Assembly: GCA_004525335.1 (NCBI GenBank)
Contig: SPCL01000002.1
Span: forward strand, 1-32,798
Reading direction: 5' to 3'
DNA from: Thermodesulfobacteriales bacterium
Lineage (GTDB): Bacteria; Desulfobacterota_D; UBA1144; Nemesobacterales; UBA2774
Length of the DNA stretch: 32,798 nt
Part shown: piece after piece, positions 9,164-17,548 of the stretch
How positions within the stretch are numbered: the stretch's first letter is position 1
Layout: every line of letters starts with the position of its first letter
Made by a program: the position numbers and the translations under genes
Notes under the pieces: generated by a model
What the model saw: only the letters and a program-made list of their open reading frames with translations
What the model was told of the DNA's origin: nothing
Databases searched by the model: none

Positions 9164-10516
9164 ATGCAACAACAAATTTTAGAAATTCTTACTTCATTAA
9201 GTGGGTTTGTCTGGGGACTTCCTCTTATTGTTCTCTTACTAGGGACCGGTATTTATCTTACCGTCCTTTTGAGAGGTATACAGTTCACGGCTCTATTGCC
9301 CGCTCTTTATTTAGCTCTAATTAAAAGAAAAGAAGATGGGGATGCTCAGGGGGATATATCTCATTTCCAAGCTCTTATGACTGCTCTGTCTGCGACCGTA
9401 GGAGTAGGGAACATTGCCGGGGTTGCAACCGCCATTGCAGTCGGCGGACCAGGTGCACTATTTTGGATGTGGGTAACAGGACTTTTGGGAATGGCTACTA
9501 AGTACTCAGAAGCAGTGCTTGCAGTTAAATATAGAGAAGTTGATAAAAATGGATATATGAGTGGCGGCCCTATGTACTATATTTCAAAGGGACTTGGGCT
9601 CAAGTGGCTCGGCATGCTTTTTGCCATATTCGCATCAATTGCCGCTTTTGGTATTGGCAATATGGTTCAGTCGAACTCTGTAGCAGATGCTCTGGGTCAA
9701 GCTTTTGGAATCCCGCTCTGGGTAACGGGCGCTGTATTATGTATTGCGACCGGGCTGGTAATAGTTGGCGGTATTAAAAGTATTGCTAAAGTTACGAGCG
9801 CAATTGTTCCAGCAATGATAATCTTTTATATGCTCGGGGCCATTGTGATACTTGTAGTTTTTCGTGCAAATATCCCTCACGCTTTCTACCTCGTTTTTTA
9901 TCATGCTTTTACTCCAACCGCAGCAGCGGGTGGTTTCCTTGGAGCAACAATAGCCCAGACAGTTAGGATGGGAGTAGCTCGGGGAATCTTCTCAAATGAA
10001 TCCGGATTAGGCAGCTCCCCAATTGCAGCGGCCGCAGCTAAAACTCATAACCCTGTTGCTCAGGGTCTTGTCTCGATGACCCAAACATTTATTGATACTA
10101 TCGTTGTTTGCACTTTCACCGGGCTAGTTATCATCTCTAGCGGGTTATGGTCTGATGGGGACACTGGAGCGGGTCTTTCAGCACGCGCATTTGATAGCGG
10201 ATTCCCCCAGTTCGGAGCTGACATAGTGGCGATAAGTCTTGCGTTCTTCGCCTATTCCACATTGCTGGGCTGGAGCTATTATGGAGAGAAATCAGTAGAG
10301 TATATCTTTAATGAAAAGGCAATCATGCCATACAGAGTTCTATTTACAGCGGTAGTATTTGTTGGAGCTGTTGTAAAATTAGATTTGGTTTGGACTTTCG
10401 CTGATGTAATGAACGGTCTTATGGCTTTTCCAAACCTTGTAGGATTGTTAGGTTTATCAAGAGTGGTTGCTGAGGAAACAAAAAAATATTTGTCTTTAGA
10501 AATATCTAGAAAGTAA
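9164..10516 (+). CDS. alanine/glycine:sodium (cation) symporter, AGCS family
   Basis: A polytopic membrane protein with AGCS-like motifs [18 protein letters not shown] and [20 protein letters not shown] prefer ATG 9164 (GGAAG 4 nt upstream) over the SD-less GTG 9146 used by the ORF track. Confidence 0.9.
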   Translation: MQQQILEILTSLSGFVWGLPLIVLLLGTGIYLTVLLRGIQFTALLPALYLALIKRKEDGDAQGDISHFQALMTALSATVGVGNIAGVATAIAVGGPGALFWMWVTGLLGMATKYSEAVLAVKYREVDKNGYMSGGPMYYISKGLGLKWLGMLFAIFASIAAFGIGNMVQSNSVADALGQAFGIPLWVTGAVLCIATGLVIVGGIKSIAKVTSAIVPAMIIFYMLGAIVILVVFRANIPHAFYLVFYHAFTPTAAAGGFLGATIAQTVRMGVARGIFSNESGLGSSPIAAAAAKTHNPVAQGLVSMTQTFIDTIVVCTFTGLVIISSGLWSDGDTGAGLSARAFDSGFPQFGADIVAISLAFFAYSTLLGWSYYGEKSVEYIFNEKAIMPYRVLFTAVVFVGAVVKLDLVWTFADVMNGLMAFPNLVGLLGLSRVVAEETKKYLSLEISRK

Positions 10517-10573
10517 ATGTCTTAAATGTAAGCTGATATACTTAATATATAGAGAATAAAGACGAGGTTAATT

Positions 10574-11017
10574 ATGATTGAAACAAAAAAGATTAAATAC
10601 TTGTTCTTGGTAATAGCTGCCATCCTGTTTGTTGGGCTTCATTCCTGTGGCAGTGATGATAAAACATCAGATGACATAGGGAAGTATGCTGGTGATGTTA
10701 GGGATGAAAAGGGTGGAGTGGTCTCTGTATATATTGATTTACAGAATATGCAGATCGAAGGCCAAATCAGAAAATTCTGGATTAGGTATTACGGAGAAAA
10801 AAGTATTGGCAAGAGTAAAGAAAGTTATATGAGGCAAATTGGGTTCTGGGAAGTAGATTGTCAGGACCGCACGCTTCATGTCTTAAGCGAGGAATATTAT
10901 GGTGTTGATGGACAAGTTTTGGGCAGAACCGAGGAAAGGTTCAAGGAGGAATATAAAGAGGGTTCCCTTGGAGACAAACTTGCCTCAGCCGCCTGCCGAT
11001 ATGCAGGGAGAAATTAA
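10574..11017 (+). CDS. hypothetical lipoprotein
   Basis: 147 aa. It has a signal peptide with lipobox LHSC, and GAGG lies upstream of the ATG. It loosely resembles the surface-adhesin-E type of small lipoprotein, but I cannot verify that. Confidence 0.6.
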   Translation: MIETKKIKYLFLVIAAILFVGLHSCGSDDKTSDDIGKYAGDVRDEKGGVVSVYIDLQNMQIEGQIRKFWIRYYGEKSIGKSKESYMRQIGFWEVDCQDRTLHVLSEEYYGVDGQVLGRTEERFKEEYKEGSLGDKLASAACRYAGRN

Positions 11018-11244
11018 TGTATAGCGGTATTCGGTATCAATACCATTTCCCATATTGAAAATATGATTTCTTCTTTGTCTGAGAGTTCCGGATTCTTTCC
11101 CTCGATTGTATCTTGAGCATATTTATTGGCGAATTCGTTAAAATCATTTAAAGAGATTTCAAACTCTTCGCTGTTATCATGATTGATAACATGAAAACCC
11201 TTATTCGTCTGTGTGGCGGTGAAACCATTTAGTTGTCTGTTCAT
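11014..11244 (-). CDS. hypothetical protein (76 aa)
   Basis: A strong AAGGAG lies 7 nt upstream of the ATG. I recognise no family. Its stop codon overlaps the stop of the convergent lipoprotein gene. Confidence 0.5.
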   Translation of the reverse strand: MNRQLNGFTATQTNKGFHVINHDNSEEFEISLNDFNEFANKYAQDTIEGKNPELSDKEEIIFSIWEMVLIPNTAIH

Positions 11245-11439
11245 TTATGTACTCCTTTTTTTCATTCTCATTAATCTTTCCGATCTAGTGTGAATATAAT
11301 CATGTAAAAAGAGTTTTAAAGGGTAGTTTTTATTCTGCTTTATTCTTTTTGAGTTATCTCAAGAGATTGGGTGAATCGCCTTTAGAAACAGACCATCTAA
11401 TATTAGTATAGGTAGTTAAAAAGCCTGGAATACTATGAG

Positions 11440-12570
11440 ATGATCAAGAGCCAAAATTCAGTAAACTCCTTAATTAGATATTTTGCATTAAGTTTATTAC
11501 TGCTTCTATTTTTTACATTTACTGTCGAATCAGTATTAGCTCACGAATCAATCTTTCGTGCGAACATGGAACGCTCGGGAGAATATAAATCTCAAGGTCT
11601 CAAAAAACTAAAGGGTATAAAATGGAAATATAAAACTCTGGATAAAGTTCGATCTTCTCCAGTTGTATCAGGAAACAATCTATATTTTGGTAGTAATGAT
11701 GGTTTCCTATATGCGCTGAACAAAAATAGTGGCAAAGAGCTTTGGAAATTTAAAACTAAAAGTGAAATTTATTCTTCCCCCACAATAGATTCAGGAGTCG
11801 TTTACTTTGGCAGCAATGACGGAAATTTGTATGCAGTCAATGTCAACAATGGTCAATTGAAATGGAGTTATCAAACTAGTGCAGAGATCAATTCTTCACC
11901 GATAATTAAAAACGGTGTTATTTATTTCGGTGGTCTTGATACTTATGTTTATGCGTTAGATTCTTCATCGGGAAAGTTATTGTGGAAATTTAAAACCCAA
12001 AGGGGGATTGTTTCATCTCCTGCAATTTCAAATGAAGTCCTATACATCGGCAGTTTGGATAATAATTTATATGCTATTGATATAAACAGTGGGAATGAGC
12101 TTTGGAAATTTATAGCAGAAGATATCCTCGTCTCGATTCCTGCGGTGTCTGAAGGCAAGGTCTTTTTTGGAGTTCAGGATACTCATTTATATGCACTTGA
12201 CGTGAAGACTGGAAAACTAGTCTGGGACATTAAGACTGATGGCGGAATTCTTGACTGGCTCTATTCATTTCCTGCAGTAAATAAAGATTCGGTTTTTATA
12301 GGCGGAGTAGACAGTATGTACTCTTTTAATAAAAAGACTGGTAAGCGTAATTGGAAATTCCACACTCTGCGTGCGGTCTCATCACCTTCTGTAGCGGATA
12401 CTGTTCTTTATTTTGGAGGTAACGATAAGATTCTCTATGCTTTAGATTCCAGGACCGGTAAAGAGCTTTGGAGATTTGAAACTGAAGGTGAGATAGAAAC
12501 TTCACCAATTATTGATAACGCCGTAGTTTATTTTGGAAGTAACGACGGTTATGTATATGCGTTGGATTAG
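11440..12570 (+). CDS. secreted PQQ-like (BamB-type) beta-propeller repeat protein
   Basis: 376 aa with a signal peptide. About eight repeats of roughly 40 aa follow the pattern LYFGSNDGxLYALDxxxGKxLWKFKTxxxIxSSP. Confidence 0.85.
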   Translation: MIKSQNSVNSLIRYFALSLLLLLFFTFTVESVLAHESIFRANMERSGEYKSQGLKKLKGIKWKYKTLDKVRSSPVVSGNNLYFGSNDGFLYALNKNSGKELWKFKTKSEIYSSPTIDSGVVYFGSNDGNLYAVNVNNGQLKWSYQTSAEINSSPIIKNGVIYFGGLDTYVYALDSSSGKLLWKFKTQRGIVSSPAISNEVLYIGSLDNNLYAIDINSGNELWKFIAEDILVSIPAVSEGKVFFGVQDTHLYALDVKTGKLVWDIKTDGGILDWLYSFPAVNKDSVFIGGVDSMYSFNKKTGKRNWKFHTLRAVSSPSVADTVLYFGGNDKILYALDSRTGKELWRFETEGEIETSPIIDNAVVYFGSNDGYVYALD

Positions 12571-12780
12571 CTATCTGTCTTTGAGTAGTTTGCTTTTGGC
12601 ATCTTTAGGAAGATGTCTTTTTAGGTACTCAACAACAGCTTCTCGTACTATTTGAGCGGGCTTCATGCGGAGATGCCATTGTGATTCATTTAGCATTTCC
12701 ACAAATTCTTGAGACGCTTTAACATAAATAGCTTTGTCCAGAGTTTCTTTCTTTTCGGTAATTTTCTTTTTCGTTGCCAT
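12571..12780 (-). CDS. ribbon-helix-helix (CopG/Arc-like) DNA-binding protein
   Basis: 69 aa. The layout is a basic N-terminus, a beta strand (AIYVKAS), helix 1 (QEFVEMLNESQ) and helix 2 (PAQIVREAVVEYLKRH). The SD is weak. Confidence 0.55.
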   Translation of the reverse strand: MATKKKITEKKETLDKAIYVKASQEFVEMLNESQWHLRMKPAQIVREAVVEYLKRHLPKDAKSKLLKDR

Positions 12781-12915
12781 ATGGTATATGTTACCTATTT
12801 TTGATATGTTTTCAACAAAAATTTATTTCTTCTAAGAGTGTCTAGAATGAATATTAATAAATTATCGGAAATTTCCCGATGTCGAGTAAAGATTGCAAAT
12901 CTACTATAACTTATT

Positions 12916-12942
12916 AATGCTTTAAGAAGAAAGCATTTTTTT
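12916..12942 (+). terminator. intrinsic terminator-like hairpin with T tract
   Basis: The stem is AATGCTTT (12916..12923) paired with AAAGCATT (12930..12937), with loop AAGAAG. The T run extends to 12942. Confidence 0.5.
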
Positions 12943-12967
12943 CTATAGATATTCCCTAACTTTGTTC

Positions 12968-12976
12968 TGATATAAT
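12968..12976 (+). promoter_or_regulatory. extended -10 element (TGaTATAAT), candidate copA promoter
   Basis: TGATATAAT lies at 12968..12976, 75 nt upstream of the copA ATG. The -35 is poor. Confidence 0.4.
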
Positions 12977-13051
12977 AGTGAGTATATTAAGTAGTAGGTG
13001 TTAGTTGTTAAATATCGTCTTTAGAATTGCTTTTAGAGAGCGGCGGATTCT

Positions 13052-15280
13052 ATGAATAATAAATCTACATCATATAAGCGTCTTTACGTCTCCGATATTA
13101 GCTGTGCAAGTTGCGTAAACACTATTGAAACAGCACTAAAATCTCTCCCTGGAGTAGATGAGGTAGAGGTCAATTTCGCTGACCGCACTGTAAACGTTTC
13201 GGGAAATGCGGCAGAAGATGTTTTGATTAAGGCCATTGCAGGCTCCGGCTATACAGCTTGTCTCGTCGAAGATAACACACAAGATTCTGATAAAGAGAAC
13301 CAAGAGCTGGCCCACTACAAAGAGCTGCTCAAAAAAACTATAGTTGCAGGCGTCATAAGCTTAATAATAATTGCGGTTACTATGTTAGACCTCCTCCCTG
13401 ATTTGACCACATTTAAAGGTCAATTCTCCTGGGGGATAGTATCACTTCTTTCTCTTTTCGTGCTTGTTTACTCGGGAGGGCGGTTTTTTACAGGCGCTCT
13501 AAAATCTTTTAAAAATCATAACGCTAATATGGATACCCTGATTGCGATAGGTACTGGAGTCGCGTGGGTGTATTCAACTTTTGTCGTTATATTTCCTGAC
13601 TCGGTTTCTGAAATCGCAAGGCACGTTTATTTTGATACAGCCACTTTAATTATCGCCTTTATCAACCTAGGCTCTGCGCTTGAGATGAGGGCGCGCGGTA
13701 AAACATCGGAAGCTATAAAACGTCTTATTGGACTTCAGCCCAAAACCGCAAGAGTCTTAAGAGACGCTCAAGAGGTGGATATTCCTATAGACCAGGTTCT
13801 TTTAGATGAAGTTATACGAGTAAGGCCAGGAGAAAAAATACCGGTCGATGGGGAACTCACCGAAGGCTCCTCCCATGTCGATGAATCTATGCTTACAGGG
13901 GAGCCTATACCAGTCAGTAAAAAAGTGGGAGACCAAATAGTTGGGGGATCTGTTAACAAATCAGGCAGTTTCTTGTTTAAAGCGACCCACATTGGTAAAG
14001 ACACAGCGCTATCTCAAATAATAGAAATGGTTAGAAAGGCTCAAAATACCAAGCCTGAAATAGGGCGTTTGGCAGATAAAGTATCCTCTATATTTGTTCC
14101 AACAGTAATGATTATTGCAGTTCTGACCATGTTTGTATGGTTCAATTTCGGACCTGATCCGAAATTGACTTATATACTTGTTACAACTGTTGCAGTTCTA
14201 ATTATTGCCTGTCCCTGTGCACTGGGCCTCGCAACCCCAATCTCTGTAATGGTAGGAGTAGGGAAGGCGGCTGAATACGGAGTGCTTATAAGAAAAGGAG
14301 ACGCGCTTCAGAAAGCGGGTCAATTAACTACTGTAGTGCTCGATAAAACAGGGACTATTACTGAAGGTAAGCCCGTTGTAACGGCGCTTGAACCTTCAGA
14401 TGGGTCAAGCGAAGAGAAGTTATTAAGGATAGCAGCCAGTGTTGAGATAAATTCAGAGCACCCACTTGCAGAAGCAGTTGTCGAGGCTTCAAAAGAAAAG
14501 AATATAGAACTCTCAACTATAGAATCATTTGAGGCTATCTCCGGGCATGGTGTGAAGGCCATCTATCAGCAAAAAACCGTGCTTCTGGGTAACAGAAAAC
14601 TAATGCAGGATAATGATGTAAATATAGGTGAATTGGGCGGTAGGTCAGAAGAGTTATCCAAACTCGGCCAAACTGTCATCTTTGTTTCTTTAGACGGACA
14701 GCCACTAGGCCTGATCGGTATATCGGATCCAATAAAAACAGATTCAAAAGAAGCTATCCAAAGACTACAAGAAATAGGAATTAAGGTTGTTATGCTGACA
14801 GGTGATAACCGGGCAACGGCTCAAACAGTAGCTAGTTTAGTAGGGGTCGACGATTTTATCGCAGAGGTGCTACCTCAGGACAAGGCAGATGAGATTACCA
14901 AGCTACAAGAGAAAGGTGAAAAGGTTGCAATGGTTGGGGACGGGATAAATGATGCCCCTGCTCTGGCTGGCGCAGATGTGGGTTTTGCAATTGGTACTGG
15001 TACAGATGTCGCTATAGAAAGCGCCGATATAACTTTAATGCGAGGCTCCCTACACGGGGTTGCAGATGCTGTAGCAATCTCAAAAGCAACACTTCGAAAT
15101 ATTAAAGAGAATCTGATTGGCGCCTTTGGCTATAACACGTTAGCAATACCTATAGCGGCCGGCATACTTTATCCTTTTACCGGCATATTATTAAGCCCTA
15201 TTATAGCGGGGGCGGCAATGGCTCTATCATCAGTTACTGTTGTAACAAATGCCAACAGGTTAAGGTGGTTTAAACCGTAA
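13052..15280 (+). CDS. copA: copper-translocating P1B-type ATPase
   Basis: 742 aa with one N-terminal HMA domain (CASC). It has the CPC motif in the TM helix, the DKTGT phosphorylation site, TGDN and GDGINDAP. Confidence 0.95.
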   Translation: MNNKSTSYKRLYVSDISCASCVNTIETALKSLPGVDEVEVNFADRTVNVSGNAAEDVLIKAIAGSGYTACLVEDNTQDSDKENQELAHYKELLKKTIVAGVISLIIIAVTMLDLLPDLTTFKGQFSWGIVSLLSLFVLVYSGGRFFTGALKSFKNHNANMDTLIAIGTGVAWVYSTFVVIFPDSVSEIARHVYFDTATLIIAFINLGSALEMRARGKTSEAIKRLIGLQPKTARVLRDAQEVDIPIDQVLLDEVIRVRPGEKIPVDGELTEGSSHVDESMLTGEPIPVSKKVGDQIVGGSVNKSGSFLFKATHIGKDTALSQIIEMVRKAQNTKPEIGRLADKVSSIFVPTVMIIAVLTMFVWFNFGPDPKLTYILVTTVAVLIIACPCALGLATPISVMVGVGKAAEYGVLIRKGDALQKAGQLTTVVLDKTGTITEGKPVVTALEPSDGSSEEKLLRIAASVEINSEHPLAEAVVEASKEKNIELSTIESFEAISGHGVKAIYQQKTVLLGNRKLMQDNDVNIGELGGRSEELSKLGQTVIFVSLDGQPLGLIGISDPIKTDSKEAIQRLQEIGIKVVMLTGDNRATAQTVASLVGVDDFIAEVLPQDKADEITKLQEKGEKVAMVGDGINDAPALAGADVGFAIGTGTDVAIESADITLMRGSLHGVADAVAISKATLRNIKENLIGAFGYNTLAIPIAAGILYPFTGILLSPIIAGAAMALSSVTVVTNANRLRWFKP

Positions 15281-15281
15281 A

Positions 15282-15641
15282 ATGGGCATCCTGATAAACT
15301 TAATCGGCGTTTTATTGATTGCTTTTATAATCTGGTGGTTCTGGTTATATAAAAAGCAGTCTGAAGCCACTGTTGAAGGCAGCTCACTCGATATCATCGT
15401 AGATTCAGGAGTATATAAGCCCTCAGTAATACATGCCAAAGCTGGAGAAGAGATTACCCTGCGATTTATTCGTAAAGACAGTAATCCCTGTTCTGAAAAA
15501 GTGCTTTTTAACGACCTTGATATAAGTGCGGATCTTCCATTTGAAACACCATATGAGATGACCTTTACACCTGACAAAAAAGGTGAGTTTGAATTTACCT
15601 GTCAGATGGCAATGTACCGCGGCAAATTGATAGTTGAGTAG
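15282..15641 (+). CDS. membrane-anchored cupredoxin-like domain protein
   Basis: 119 aa. It starts 1 nt after the copA stop. It has an N-terminal TM helix and a small beta-sandwich ending FEFTCQMAMYRGKLIVE, which resembles the Cupredoxin_1-type proteins often found next to copA. Confidence 0.7.
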   Translation: MGILINLIGVLLIAFIIWWFWLYKKQSEATVEGSSLDIIVDSGVYKPSVIHAKAGEEITLRFIRKDSNPCSEKVLFNDLDISADLPFETPYEMTFTPDKKGEFEFTCQMAMYRGKLIVE

Positions 15642-15740
15642 GGGTTATCCCTAATTCTTGAATTTACCCGAACTTAATTACTTCTTGGCAGACATTTTAT
15701 ATTGACATTGAAAGCTATTCTATATAGCATTGAATCGGTT

Positions 15741-15760
15741 TTAATAAATCATATGTAATT
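15741..15760. repeat. copy 1 of the exact 20-mer TTAATAAATCATATGTAATT
   Basis: Identical to 18341..18360. It lies between the candidate tpx promoter (TTGACA at 15702..15707) and the tpx SD (15768..15773). Confidence 0.9.
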
Positions 15761-15783
15761 AAATATCAGGAGGAATTTCTATC

Positions 15784-16302
15784 ATGGCAGAAGAAAGAAC
15801 AGGGGTAGTAACTTTAAAAGGAAACCCACTAACACTAATCGGACCTGAGGTTAAAGTCGGCGATAAAGCGCCAGACTTCTCATCACTAAAAGGTCTTGGA
15901 GCACCAATTACGCTTGCGGATTTAGAAGGCAAGGTGAAGGTTTTTAACGTAATTCTTTCAGTTGATACACCGGTTTGTGATGTGCAGACAAAAAGATTCA
16001 ACCAAGAAGCTGCCAATTTAGGCGACGAGGTTGTAATCCTTACTCTAAGTATGGACCTCCCTTTTGCGCTAGGACGCTACTGTGCTGCTGAAGGCATAGA
16101 TAAGGTTCAAACAGCTTCAGATTACAAAGACGCTTCTTTTGGAGAGGCCTATGGAGTTCTGATTAAAGAACATAGACTTCTAGCTAGGGCCCTTTTTGTT
16201 GTAGATAAGGACGATATTGTGAGATACGCAGAGTATGTTCCTGAAGTAGCCACAGAACCTAACTACGATCCTGCAATTGCAGCTGTAAAAGAATCCCTCT
16301 AA
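15784..16302 (+). CDS. tpx: thiol peroxidase (atypical 2-Cys peroxiredoxin)
   Basis: 172 aa. The Tpx signature is SVDTPVCDVQTKRFN (peroxidatic Cys) with the resolving Cys in GRYCAAEG. AGGAGG lies upstream. Confidence 0.93.
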   Translation: MAEERTGVVTLKGNPLTLIGPEVKVGDKAPDFSSLKGLGAPITLADLEGKVKVFNVILSVDTPVCDVQTKRFNQEAANLGDEVVILTLSMDLPFALGRYCAAEGIDKVQTASDYKDASFGEAYGVLIKEHRLLARALFVVDKDDIVRYAEYVPEVATEPNYDPAIAAVKESL

Positions 16303-16316
16303 TTCATAACAATAAG

Positions 16317-16351
16317 ATAAGGAGCTCAATATAGGGGCTCCTTATATCTTT
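16317..16351 (+). terminator. intrinsic terminator-like hairpin after tpx
   Basis: A 9-bp stem, ATAAGGAGC (16317..16325) paired with GCTCCTTAT (16337..16345), has an 11-nt loop. The T tract (ATCTTT) is weak. Confidence 0.45.
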
Positions 16352-16460
16352 AATCCCAGCCACATAGATAATAATTTTAGATCTTTATATCATTGAAATG
16401 CATCTCATTAAATGTATTCTTATAGAAGATAGGTTTTGCAATATCTTAGGGGGTCCTAAA

Positions 16461-16943
16461 ATGGGCATCGGAAATATGATCAACAGGCTTTTGAACAACG
16501 AAAGCAAAGATGAAAAAGATGAAAGGCTAAATATTTCAACACAGAAAGAAACACCTGTAGTGTCTGAACAACCGGTTGTAGAAAAAACAGTTGATGAAGT
16601 AATTGCCAAAGATAACTCCTCCAATGCTGCTGAACCGGTTGGTGAACTAACCCAAGAAAAAGTTCTTGAGGTACTAAGCGAAGTCTACGACCCTGAAATA
16701 CCTATAGACATAGTCAATCTTGGTTTAATTTACGGAATAGATATAAAGGATAGAAATGTTGTAATTACTATGACTATGACTGCTCCAGGATGTCCTGCCT
16801 CAACCCAAATTGCCGGAGAATCGAAACTTATGGTCGAGGAGCTACCACAGGTTGATTCTGTAGATATCGACATTGTCTGGGACCCACCATGGGATCCTAG
16901 CAAGATGAGTGAAGAGGCTCAGGAAAGCATGGGTATGCTTTAA
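16461..16943 (+). CDS. DUF59 (SufT/PaaD-like) Fe-S assembly-related protein with a long N-terminal extension
   Basis: The C-terminal roughly 100 aa carry the DUF59 pattern VYDPEIPIDIVNLGLIY...MTMTAPGCP. I place the start at ATG 16461 (AGGGGG 8 nt upstream) rather than ATG 16398 used by the ORF track. Confidence 0.8.
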   Translation: MGIGNMINRLLNNESKDEKDERLNISTQKETPVVSEQPVVEKTVDEVIAKDNSSNAAEPVGELTQEKVLEVLSEVYDPEIPIDIVNLGLIYGIDIKDRNVVITMTMTAPGCPASTQIAGESKLMVEELPQVDSVDIDIVWDPPWDPSKMSEEAQESMGML

Positions 16944-17031
16944 AGTAAATATTCTTGCCACTTTTTGATACTTCCTTATGCTCAAATCAATCTATAATTT
17001 GAACTAATCTTTTTTACAGGAGAGCTATATC

Positions 17032-17490
17032 ATGAGCGAAATACCTAAAGTTGGAGACCAGGCTCCTGGCTTTGAAGCGGAGACTTATGGCGGAGAAAAA
17101 ATCAAATTAAGCGATTATAAGGGAAAGAGCACAGTTGCGCTTTACTTCTATCCAAAAGACAACACCCCGGGATGCACCAAAGAAGCCTGCTCTTTAAGAG
17201 ACGGGATGGATGAGCTTCAGAAACTAGGAGTTCAGGTCTTAGGTGTCAGTACTGACGGAGTTAAGTCGCATGAGGGTTTTAGAAATAAATTCGAACTAAA
17301 TTTTCCTCTTCTTAGCGATAAGTCTAAAGATATCATCACGGCCTACGGAGTTGAGAGCGAGTATGGTTCTGCAAGAAGAGTAACTTTTCTTATTGATAAA
17401 TCCGGAGTAATAAGACACGTTTGGATGAAGGTCAAGACTGCTAGTCATTGTGATGAAGTTGTGGAGAAGGTAATAGAGCGGGGTTTATAA
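17032..17490 (+). CDS. bcp: peroxiredoxin Bcp/PrxQ
   Basis: 152 aa with the signature YFYPKDNTPGCTKEAC. AGGAG lies upstream. Confidence 0.92.
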   Translation: MSEIPKVGDQAPGFEAETYGGEKIKLSDYKGKSTVALYFYPKDNTPGCTKEACSLRDGMDELQKLGVQVLGVSTDGVKSHEGFRNKFELNFPLLSDKSKDIITAYGVESEYGSARRVTFLIDKSGVIRHVWMKVKTASHCDEVVEKVIERGL

Positions 17491-17548
17491 TTAATTCCAT
17501 CTCGTGGATTTACAGACTTGATCAAATTAAATATAATAGCTCTTTATT

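Noticed and set aside
11580-12570. Periodic DNA similarity occurs at roughly 120-bp intervals (for example GAGCTTTGGAAATTTAAAAC-like segments at about 11740, 11975, 12095 and 12465).
   Set aside because: The periodicity is explained by the repeated beta-propeller blades (GKxLWKFKT) of a single coding gene. It is not a DNA-level repeat element or array.
12867-12876. The perfect 10-bp palindrome GGAAATTTCC in the RHH/copA spacer is a possible operator.
   Set aside because: Palindromes of this length are expected many times by chance in 33 kb of AT-rich DNA. The flanks do not extend the symmetry. It also falls inside the speculative mini-ORF.
16398-16460. The ORF track extends the DUF59 protein N-terminally (MHLIKCILIEDRFCNILGGPK).
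   Set aside because: ATG 16398 has no SD. The extension overlaps the likely promoter/leader. ATG 16461 has AGGGGG at the proper spacing.
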